Source: Nostoc punctiforme PCC 73102 (GTDB lineage Bacteria; Cyanobacteriota; Cyanobacteriia; Cyanobacteriales; Nostocaceae). Taken from it: a stretch of 32,000 nucleotides of DNA. The translations under genes were made by a program, and so were the position numbers. The notes below the pieces were generated by a model. It ran no database searches, was not told the origin of the DNA, and saw only the letters and a list, made by a program, of their open reading frames with translations. The DNA is taken from the NCBI RefSeq assembly GCF_000020025.1, contig NC_010628.1, forward strand, positions 1,260,001 to 1,292,000. Direction: 5' to 3'. Positions 8,639 to 15,904 of this stretch are shown piece after piece. How positions within the stretch are numbered: position 1 is the first letter of the stretch; each line of letters starts with the position of its first letter.

Positions 8639-10069
8639 TTATGAATTATTCGGATTGCTATAGTATTTGTGTCCTGCCATAGCCATAGCTAAAAATCCCC
8701 AAAGAATCATCCCTGCCACACTTAACATTCCACTACCAATAATTAGCTGTGTAGCTGAACTGATACCAATCGCACGAGCAGCACTGATAAAACTATCAAA
8801 ACGTCCTTCACCATAACTGCTAACACTAATAATTAACAAGATTAATCCACCCATATAAAAGATTGCTCCAAACCAACCAAGGGTGAAAAACATATCTAAA
8901 ATGCCACTATCAATGACCACTACTTCAATTTGACCAGTTTTTTCGTTGACTTTCCAAATATTTCCTAAGCCGTTACCTAAACCATTAGAAAGGGCTAGAC
9001 CAAGGTTTTTGTCATAACTTCCCGATCTATCTTTAAAACTGGTATCTTCTTGAAGATTAGAAAAAGTTTCCAAACGGGCTGATACAACTCCAGCAATTGG
9101 CTCAATAGTTGTCAATGGTACAACACAAATTGCCATCACCGCAATTATGATGATTAAGCGCATTTGAATTCGCGCCTTGACTGAAGCCACAATCATAATT
9201 ATTCCAAATAACCAGCCTCCCCAATTAGTCCGTGCTTGTGTTAGTAGAAACGACAAGTAACCAACAGCTGAAGCAGGAAAAATTAAATTTCCCGAACTGG
9301 TAAATAACAACAGTAAACCAGCTTGCATGACGGAACCAAAAGGCCCGACTGAGTGCAATGTACTCCAGACACGCATCCCGAAAGGTACAGGGTTTCCAGA
9401 ACTCATGAATAGTTTTGATTGGATGAGCCAATACCTATCCCACTCAGGAGCTACTACGAATTGATATATGCCATAAGTTCCTAAAATTAACACACACCAA
9501 AGAAACGTTCGCTGAATATTCTGGCGATAGCTAGGATAATCTCGCCAGTTTATAAATAAGTGAAAAGCGAAGATAATCGGACTGAGCCAATCCAGCAGTC
9601 CGCGTGCTACAGGGATTGGTGGGTTATAAATCAGACCGATAAGAAAGCCATAAAAGACTCCGATAAAAGCCATAACAAACGGCAAACCCCCTTGATGTGA
9701 GGCACGGGGAAAATGTCGCAAGAATGTTGCTATGGTTACAAACACTACCAAGTATGGTGCTATAAGCATCTGGCGGGTAGCGTCCCAACCTACCCGATAA
9801 TCAACTAAGCGGGTAGCCAAGGGTGTGAGAAACCATATCCACCAGGTAAAGCTGACGTAGAGAATGGGATGCCGCAAGTATAAAAACACGGCTACTGCTA
9901 AAGCAGTCACGGGATAAATTAGGCGCAATGCAGCAGTAGCACCAGCAAAATAGCAAACTACAGTTAGTAGTATAAAGCCTGCGATCGCCATCCACCCCTG
10001 TTGCGATCGCTCTTCTGGAGAATAATTTTCTTGTGAAAAACTATTGAAAAGTATCTGTCTAGAATTCAT
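8639..10069 (-). CDS. Polytopic membrane protein, Wzy-type polymerase / O-antigen-ligase-like
   Basis: 476-aa ATG ORF that is hydrophobic almost throughout (10 or more predicted helices by eye). One larger loop lies in the C-terminal third (ETFSNLQEDTSFKDRSGSYDKNLGLALSNGLGNGLGNIWKV). It is embedded among glycosyltransferases. Assignment rests on topology and context, not on a strict motif. Confidence 0.65.
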   Translation of the reverse strand: MNSRQILFNSFSQENYSPEERSQQGWMAIAGFILLTVVCYFAGATAALRLIYPVTALAVAVFLYLRHPILYVSFTWWIWFLTPLATRLVDYRVGWDATRQMLIAPYLVVFVTIATFLRHFPRASHQGGLPFVMAFIGVFYGFLIGLIYNPPIPVARGLLDWLSPIIFAFHLFINWRDYPSYRQNIQRTFLWCVLILGTYGIYQFVVAPEWDRYWLIQSKLFMSSGNPVPFGMRVWSTLHSVGPFGSVMQAGLLLLFTSSGNLIFPASAVGYLSFLLTQARTNWGGWLFGIIMIVASVKARIQMRLIIIIAVMAICVVPLTTIEPIAGVVSARLETFSNLQEDTSFKDRSGSYDKNLGLALSNGLGNGLGNIWKVNEKTGQIEVVVIDSGILDMFFTLGWFGAIFYMGGLILLIISVSSYGEGRFDSFISAARAIGISSATQLIIGSGMLSVAGMILWGFLAMAMAGHKYYSNPNNS

Positions 10070-10128
10070 TCAATTTTAGATTTTAGATTTACACATAAAA
10101 AATCCTAAATGAAATAATCAGTCTGCAA

Positions 10129-10248
10129 TGACCAATACTTCGACTTACCTCGGCTCCGGTTCCATCGAGCGAAGTCGAGATGCTCGGCACGAGTCCTCAG
10201 TACAAGTGACCAATGACAAATGACTAATGACTAATGACCAATGACAAA
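10129..10248. repeat. Hairpin core element (acttcg...ctcagtacaag) bracketed by tgaccaa-type STRR heptamers
   Basis: A single tgaccaa lies at 10129-10135 and the core spans 10137-10206. Six heptamers follow at 10207-10248: tgaccaa tgacaaa tgactaa tgactaa tgaccaa tgacaaa (tgaccaa = complement of STRR TTGGTCA). The array overlaps the last codons and the stop of the GT2 gene ending at 10231. Confidence 0.8.
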
Positions 10249-11157
10249 TTCTTTATATCCCTGCCAACGCCCACGCCAAGATGCTAGCAATTTTTTCCCC
10301 GCCAATTGTCCTTGGCTAGGTAAAAATCTCAGCCATTGTACAAAACCCAAACTATCGCACGTACCTACAAATACTGCCCAGAATAAAAATACAATCCGGC
10401 GGATAAATGGCAGATGCTCTAGTAAAACTAAGGTTTCATTATGGACTAAATTGATAAAGGCAATTTCGTTAAAGTTATTTCGCTGATCTTCATCAAAACG
10501 TTGTGCAGGATAGTGATCTACAGCAACATTAGGATCGTAAATTATCTTCCAACCAGCCCGCTTTAATGCCAGAGTAAATGCCATTTCAAAATGTACCTGC
10601 GCTCCAGTACCACGCATCCGCTCGTCAAAGCGTAATTGTCCAATTGCCTCTTTACGAAAACTCATGTTTACGCCTTTGAGAATATCGACTTCGCGGGGTT
10701 CTCCCACTCCCAGATGATGGTTGCCAATCACTCGTCCAAACCACTGCAACTGTCCCACTACTGGGCGAGATTCATCTTCTAATTTGCTGCCGTGGTATAC
10801 CCAATCACGCCCTCCCAGACCGCCGAGGTGACTATCTGAGGTAAAGTAAGCGGCGATGCGCTCTAACCAATCTGGGTGTGGTGCAGCATCATCATCAGTT
10901 ATGGAAACTATATCGCCCTCCACTGCTGCTAATCCGGCGTTGAGGGCTGCTACTACGCCTGGTTGTGTCACTTTCACAGTATGCAGTGGCAGATTAGGCG
11001 CGTTTAATTGCGCCAAAAATTGCCAAGTTTCTGCATCCGTATCGCGGACAACCACTATCACCTGATCGACGGGTTTAATTTGCTTCTGTAGCGCTAAAAG
11101 GCAGCGTGATAGGTCTTGTGGACGGCGATAAGTTGGTATCAGAACGGTGTTCCGCAT
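10231..11157 (-). CDS. Glycosyltransferase family 2
   Basis: 308-aa ATG ORF with a GAGGAG Shine-Dalgarno about 10 nt upstream. The N-terminal GT-A signature is VLIPTYRRPQDLSRCLLAL...VIVVVRDTD, and the DxD-type motif is ITDDDAAP. Confidence 0.9.
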   Translation of the reverse strand: MRNTVLIPTYRRPQDLSRCLLALQKQIKPVDQVIVVVRDTDAETWQFLAQLNAPNLPLHTVKVTQPGVVAALNAGLAAVEGDIVSITDDDAAPHPDWLERIAAYFTSDSHLGGLGGRDWVYHGSKLEDESRPVVGQLQWFGRVIGNHHLGVGEPREVDILKGVNMSFRKEAIGQLRFDERMRGTGAQVHFEMAFTLALKRAGWKIIYDPNVAVDHYPAQRFDEDQRNNFNEIAFINLVHNETLVLLEHLPFIRRIVFLFWAVFVGTCDSLGFVQWLRFLPSQGQLAGKKLLASWRGRWQGYKEFVIGH

Positions 11158-12277
11158 TCTTGCTTAACTCCTCGAATAGATCCACATAAGTTTGTGCCAT
11201 AGTAGTCCAGCTATGTTGTTCTGCCACAGAACGAGCAGCTTTGCCCATTTGCTTTATGAGGGTGGGACTACTCACCAAAGTCAGCAATGCCAGAGCCAAA
11301 GCATCACTATCATCTGAGTTGGATAAGACGATGCCACATTCTGGTGTCACCAACTCTCCGCCCCCGGTGGCTGTGGCAGTAATTACTGGCAGTCCTGAAG
11401 AAAGTGCTTCTAACAATACGAGGCTGCAAGCTTCGTATCGGGAAGGAAAAACAAATAAATCTACTGCTTGCATAATTTGGGGGATATCACGGCGAAATCC
11501 TACAAAATGCACGCGTTTACTTAACCCTAATGATGCTGCTAACTGCGGGAAAGGGCTATTTTGGGTGTGTCCCACTACCACCAAATGTAAATCGGGAACT
11601 TTCACCAAGGCGTGCAGTACTGTATCTAAGTTCTTTCTGGGTGTGCGGATATCTCCGGCGAATAATGCCAGGGTGACATTCTCCGGTAAACCCAACTTTT
11701 GGCGATCGCTTTCACCAGGAGTAAACTCGTCTAAGTCAACGCCATTGACAATTACGCGAATGCGAGAACGCGGCACACCAATGTTGACTAATTCGTGGGC
11801 TACTTTTTCTGATACTGCTACGACAACCTGCGCTTTTTGGAAAGCCTGTTTTTCCCAACGGGCATTAAAAGCCGTAAACAGCCATTGGTAAAAACCATAA
11901 AAATCACGGCGGTTGCGAGAAATATGAACAGGCGATCGCAACCATGAACTATGGACAAAATGTACAGCATTCACATCAGCCGCAGCCAGATTAATTGCGC
12001 CATTGACTTTAACTAAATCAATCTCAGAGCGATGTTTCCGTAACCAATCTGTACTTTTTTGGGCAAATACGAAATTACGTACAAATTCTGTCGGATAATC
12101 TTTGACTGGAATTGGAATCCAATTAACTTGACTATTAGCTTCTAATTCTGGTGCGACTTCACTAGCTAATAATGTTAGTTGATGACCACGACGAATTGCT
12201 TCATTAGCAACCTCATAGTTTACTCGTCCCTGCCCATCACCTTTTTTAATTTTATGAGTAACAATACAAAGTTTCAT
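11075..12277 (-). CDS. Glycosyltransferase, GT-B fold, family 4-like
   Basis: 400-aa ATG ORF. Motif: DLFVFPSRYEACSLVLLEALSSGLPVITATATGGGELV. The 3' end overlaps the next gene by 83 nt. Confidence 0.9.
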   Translation of the reverse strand: MKLCIVTHKIKKGDGQGRVNYEVANEAIRRGHQLTLLASEVAPELEANSQVNWIPIPVKDYPTEFVRNFVFAQKSTDWLRKHRSEIDLVKVNGAINLAAADVNAVHFVHSSWLRSPVHISRNRRDFYGFYQWLFTAFNARWEKQAFQKAQVVVAVSEKVAHELVNIGVPRSRIRVIVNGVDLDEFTPGESDRQKLGLPENVTLALFAGDIRTPRKNLDTVLHALVKVPDLHLVVVGHTQNSPFPQLAASLGLSKRVHFVGFRRDIPQIMQAVDLFVFPSRYEACSLVLLEALSSGLPVITATATGGGELVTPECGIVLSNSDDSDALALALLTLVSSPTLIKQMGKAARSVAEQHSWTTMAQTYVDLFEELSKNAEHRSDTNLSPSTRPITLPFSATEAN

Positions 12278-12388
12278 CCACTACCTTCTTTAATAATTTA
12301 AGCTTATGCAGAACCGCAAATAAAAAGTTGAAAATAATCCAATACAGTTCAGTTAAGCATTTCTTTATTCTCTCAGTATCCTCTGTGT

Positions 12389-12476
12389 CTCTGTGGTAGC
12401 CTGCGGCAAGCCGCACCGCGTCTACGTAAAAAAATGACTTTGACAAAGATTTTTAGCCTTAACTTAACCGTATTAT
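12389..12476. repeat. Uninterrupted copy of the repeat found at 8314-8475
   Basis: It reads ctctgtggtagcctgcggcaagccgc-acc-gcgtctacgtaaaaaaatgactttgacaaagatttttagccttaacttaaccgtatt. It aligns with the 8.3-kb copy minus that copy's 74-nt insert. Confidence 0.75.
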
Positions 12477-12545
12477 CAAATAATCTTCTTTTCTTACCTT
12501 CGCGGTTCGTTAAAAAATAGCATTTACACAAACAGAGATTTTCAG

Positions 12546-12573
12546 GTAAGGGCAATTCATGAATTGCCTCTAC
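12546..12573. repeat. Palindromic hairpin repeat, same family as 3913-3939
   Basis: ggcaattcatgaattgcc (12551-12568) is a perfect 18-nt palindrome with extended arms. It lies 18 nt downstream of the GT2 stop at 12591 on the minus strand. There is no U-tract. Confidence 0.6.
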
Positions 12574-12590
12574 AAGGTCATATTGCTCTA

Positions 12591-13622
12591 CTATTTTGAC
12601 AACTCTATTAATTTATTTGCCAAAAATTGCGGAGTAAAGGTAAGACTTAGCGCTACTAAGGTTCGCGCATTAAATTTTTGTTTAGTCAGCGCCTGCCAAA
12701 AATAAGGACGTGCTACTGCTATCTGTTTACTTCGCAGCAAACCAATTCCCAAAGTTGTATTAGCCTCTAACCATTTCTGTTGAAAGTACGTTCTAAATTT
12801 CTGTAACTGAGCGTCTTCCATAAAGGCTTGATAACAGAACATTTCGCTTTTAGCTTTGCGGATTTTTGCCTGCACATCTCGACTACCACTGAGCATAGTA
12901 TCAGTTTGCTCATGAGCGCGATATCGCGTCAGTTTTTCTGGATAGTAGTAAGCACCATAAGCCGATATACAACAGAGATAAGTTAAATATAAATCCCACA
13001 TTCCGCCAACTTCTGGAGGAATACTATCCCAATCGATCAGATTATTGCGAATTACACAAGATGCAGCAGTAGGTATACTTTTATCTACCAATCCAACTTT
13101 ACAGAAAGGTTGATAAATTCCTTCTTTGAGTTGATCTCGCTTATAACCGCGTGTATTTTTTTCAGTCCCAGCATTATCAATTATGCCATTTGCATCTATA
13201 ATATATTGGTCACAAAAAGCGAGAATTAACTCAGGATTTGCTTCGAGAACTGGTACAAGCTTTGCTAAGAAGTCTTCATTCCAGATATCATCATCATGAA
13301 GACTAGCAACATATTTACCTCGCGCCATCTTGAACCCATGCTGCTGATTAGCGAGCATACCTACATTTTGTTGGTGTCGCCAAAATCTGATGCGTGAATC
13401 ACCAAAAGATGCCACAAGTGCTTGAGGATTTTCTGGACTGCAATTATCTGAAACAATAATTTCGATATTTTGATAAGTCTGTTTAATGGCACTAGCGATC
13501 GCTTGCTTAAGATAGTCTGGTCGGTTATAGGTAGGGATAATAACGCTGACTAAAGGCTGTTGGCATTCTTGAGATAATGACATATTTTTTCCTTTATATT
13601 TCATGGATAAAAGATGCACCAT
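12591..13622 (-). CDS. Glycosyltransferase family 2
   Basis: 343-aa ORF. Motifs: VSVIIPTYNRPDYLKQAIASAIKQTYQNIEIIVSDNCS and the DxD-type LHDDDIW. An alternative ATG at 13583 (MSLSQ...) is preceded by AAGGA and may be the true start. Confidence 0.9.
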   Translation of the reverse strand: MVHLLSMKYKGKNMSLSQECQQPLVSVIIPTYNRPDYLKQAIASAIKQTYQNIEIIVSDNCSPENPQALVASFGDSRIRFWRHQQNVGMLANQQHGFKMARGKYVASLHDDDIWNEDFLAKLVPVLEANPELILAFCDQYIIDANGIIDNAGTEKNTRGYKRDQLKEGIYQPFCKVGLVDKSIPTAASCVIRNNLIDWDSIPPEVGGMWDLYLTYLCCISAYGAYYYPEKLTRYRAHEQTDTMLSGSRDVQAKIRKAKSEMFCYQAFMEDAQLQKFRTYFQQKWLEANTTLGIGLLRSKQIAVARPYFWQALTKQKFNARTLVALSLTFTPQFLANKLIELSK

Positions 13623-13645
13623 TAGAGATTTTGATCAAATTAAGC

Positions 13646-14848
13646 TTATTTCACTTGAGAAATACTATATAATTTTTTCGTTCTCGCAGGAAATTCGGCT
13701 ATTGTTTTTGCATAAATTGTTCGCAGATTATTTACATGAGCAGCCATTGTAAATTCTTTCATCAATAAAGCATGGCCTTGTTCGCCCATTTGCCGAGTTT
13801 TTTGATAATCTTTATCCAAAGAATGAATAGCATCAACTAGCTTTTTGATATCATTACCTGGAACAAGAATACCTGTTTCTCCATCTCGCAAATGTTCTGG
13901 AATGCCTCCCACTGCACTACCAATTACAGGTCGATAATTAGAGTATGCTTCTAGTGTTACAAGACCGGCAGGTTCAGGCCAGACACTAGGAAAGATGACT
14001 GCAAAACACTGTTGATAAAGTTGATTTATTTTGTCAGCATCGCACCAACCATGCCAAACAATCCGATTACTTAATCCGATTGTGTTTGCTAACTTTTCTA
14101 ACCGTGGCCGTTCCCAACCTTCACCTGCAATATCAAGTTGAATTTGCGGATTTGTATGTATTAAGGTTTTAAGTAGCCATTCCAGACCTTTATCAGAAAC
14201 AATGCGACCAACAAATAAAATTCTATGATTTTGGTGAACTTCTAAGCTCAGGGGAGCGGTCTTTATTTGCGGTACAGAGATACCACAGTGTAGGGTTACA
14301 GTTTGCTCAGAAGGTACGCCGTTTTTAATCAACTCTTGACGCACATATTCGCTATTAGCGACAAAAGTAATTTTTACCTTTTTTAAGGTATCTAATAACT
14401 GATGAGTAATTTGAAGTTCTTTAAGAGTTCTTAAGGGTCTACGGGTACCACATTTATCTACTAACTTACCCCAAGTACAACCTAAGTAAGAAAAGTTGCG
14501 ATCGCAGATTGTCCGTTGCCCTGCTAAATACTTTGTGCCACTAGGACAGTACAATGAGTGATTATGAACACTAAAGACAGTAGGACATTCGCCTGTAAGC
14601 TGCAATAGTAAATCTGGGCTGTGGATATGCAGCAGCTTGAATTGGCTTTGGTCAACACCCTTGAGGGATTTTATCACGCGATCGCTAACTTCAGGCGGTC
14701 GATGTTCAAACAGAGAAGCTAAATAAGTTTCAACACCTCCGCCCTCACCTACATCAAAATTAGAGCATTGATAAATCAGGTCTTCTTCAAAGATCCCTCT
14801 ATGCAAGTGTTTATTATCTTGTTTGGCTTCATTGATTGAGTTAAGCAT
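13646..14848 (-). CDS. Glycosyltransferase, GT-B fold, family 4-like, with a four-Cys insertion in the N-domain
   Basis: 400-aa ATG ORF. Motif: VIFPSVWPEPAGLVTLEAYSNYRPVIGSAVGGIPEHLRDGETGILV. The insertion is C101-x13-C115-x8-C124-x8-C133. Confidence 0.9.
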   Translation of the reverse strand: MLNSINEAKQDNKHLHRGIFEEDLIYQCSNFDVGEGGGVETYLASLFEHRPPEVSDRVIKSLKGVDQSQFKLLHIHSPDLLLQLTGECPTVFSVHNHSLYCPSGTKYLAGQRTICDRNFSYLGCTWGKLVDKCGTRRPLRTLKELQITHQLLDTLKKVKITFVANSEYVRQELIKNGVPSEQTVTLHCGISVPQIKTAPLSLEVHQNHRILFVGRIVSDKGLEWLLKTLIHTNPQIQLDIAGEGWERPRLEKLANTIGLSNRIVWHGWCDADKINQLYQQCFAVIFPSVWPEPAGLVTLEAYSNYRPVIGSAVGGIPEHLRDGETGILVPGNDIKKLVDAIHSLDKDYQKTRQMGEQGHALLMKEFTMAAHVNNLRTIYAKTIAEFPARTKKLYSISQVK

Positions 14849-14914
14849 TAACCACCATTCTTTACGTTATTATTCATTGAACTCCTCATATAAATAGAGG
14901 TTTACTTCATCAAC

Positions 14915-15754
14915 TTATATGCCAACATTAAACCAAAGCTTGTGTCTAACATCACTCACATAATGTCTGAGAGCAATGTTTTTACTTGCAGATTTATCTG
15001 GATAAATAAACTGATCTTCTACATTTAGAACATATTTATTTGAGCATAGAGGTTTACCATGATTGTGGTGCATGGTCAAATGTACAATTGTTTGCTCAGT
15101 AAAATAACTAGGAACTTCTGGAAGATTCGCTAAACGTTCGATAGCAAAACTCCAGTCAAATTCATGCCTAAATATTATAAATCCACCATTTACAGGATTC
15201 GATTTCTCGGACTCATCATAAATAATCCGCTCATCAAGCGACATCGAACAATCAGGTAGATAAAGAGAGTATTTTTCGTCCGACTTACTCAAATCAATTA
15301 AGTCAATCCCGCCAGGAAAAAATAAAATATCTGAATCAGTGTAAATCGTAGTACCATTAACAGGAATCGACATTAATGCCGACAACTTTCTGCCCATTGG
15401 ATGCAGTTGGGCATAATCAAGAACACATTGAGGTAAATCTGTTCTCAGGAAGTTTTGTAAAAGTATTACCTGAACGCAGGGATGGATACGGCGGAGTAAA
15501 TTACAACTAGAATCAGTATAACTACCATCGGAAACTACAGTAAATGTCTCTGGAATACCGACATGGCGAATGAATGAGCGAATACTTGCTACTTGTTCTG
15601 GTAGATCGCGTTCGCATGATAAGGCATAGATACTTACCGGAACTTGCCGAGTTTGCTTGATGGGGATGTTGATAATCTGAGAAATGGCTGCTTTATATAG
15701 AGAACGATTAAATTTACCCTGAATTTTAGCAGTGTGGTAGCCTATATTTACCAT
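14915..15754 (-). CDS. Conserved-looking hypothetical protein, possible GT-A (GT8-like) nucleotide-sugar transferase
   Basis: 279-aa ATG ORF with AAGGA upstream. It has a DxD-like IYTDSDILFF, NGGFIIF (compare GT8 N-x-G-[VL]) and a late RHYVSDVRHKLW (compare GT8 H-x-x-G-x-x-KPW). I see no membrane segments. The functional call is tentative. Confidence 0.5.
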   Translation of the reverse strand: MVNIGYHTAKIQGKFNRSLYKAAISQIINIPIKQTRQVPVSIYALSCERDLPEQVASIRSFIRHVGIPETFTVVSDGSYTDSSCNLLRRIHPCVQVILLQNFLRTDLPQCVLDYAQLHPMGRKLSALMSIPVNGTTIYTDSDILFFPGGIDLIDLSKSDEKYSLYLPDCSMSLDERIIYDESEKSNPVNGGFIIFRHEFDWSFAIERLANLPEVPSYFTEQTIVHLTMHHNHGKPLCSNKYVLNVEDQFIYPDKSASKNIALRHYVSDVRHKLWFNVGI

Positions 15755-15798
15755 TTATTTTTCCTTGTTAAAATTATCAATAACTGAGTAGGGAAATG

Positions 15799-15904
15799 AA
15801 TTCGTAATTTATATTTTGTAAATTACGAATTACGAACTATGAATTACGAACTTGTACTGAGCGACTTGCCCTGAGCGCAGTCGAAGGGAGCCGAAGTATT
15901 ACGA
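15799..15904. repeat. Second copy (opposite orientation) of the hairpin core element, bracketed by attacga heptamers
   Basis: ttcgtaat lies at 15801-15808. The heptamers attacga attacga actatga attacga span 15822-15849. The core cttgtactgag...gccgaagt is at 15851-15897, followed by a single attacga at 15898-15904. The core ends match the reverse complement of 10137-10206. The hepA-like stop codon (15899-15901) lies in the flanking heptamer. Confidence 0.8.

Noticed and set aside
8318-8644. ORFs lying in intergenic repeats: 8318-8644, 12252-12446, 12373-12555, 22755-22970, 24399-24620, 26503-26760.
   Set aside because: They are built from dispersed repeat and tandem-duplication sequence (Arg/Ser/Thr-rich translations such as RRTPSRSVSKRRTQREERRKK), or overlap real gene ends. 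There is no RBS or motif support.
10207-10248. Tandem short repeats considered as possible CRISPR arrays (also 416-443, 1511-1538, 6721-6741, 6855-6875, 15822-15849).
   Set aside because: The units are contiguous 7-mers with no spacers, and there are no cas genes. These are STRR-type heptamers, not CRISPR.
11241-11891. A 216-aa plus-strand ORF, the largest of the antisense ORFs.
   Set aside because: It lies entirely antisense to a GT4 gene with clear motifs. Its composition is Ser/Thr/Ala/Cys-rich with no motif, which is typical of a shadow ORF.
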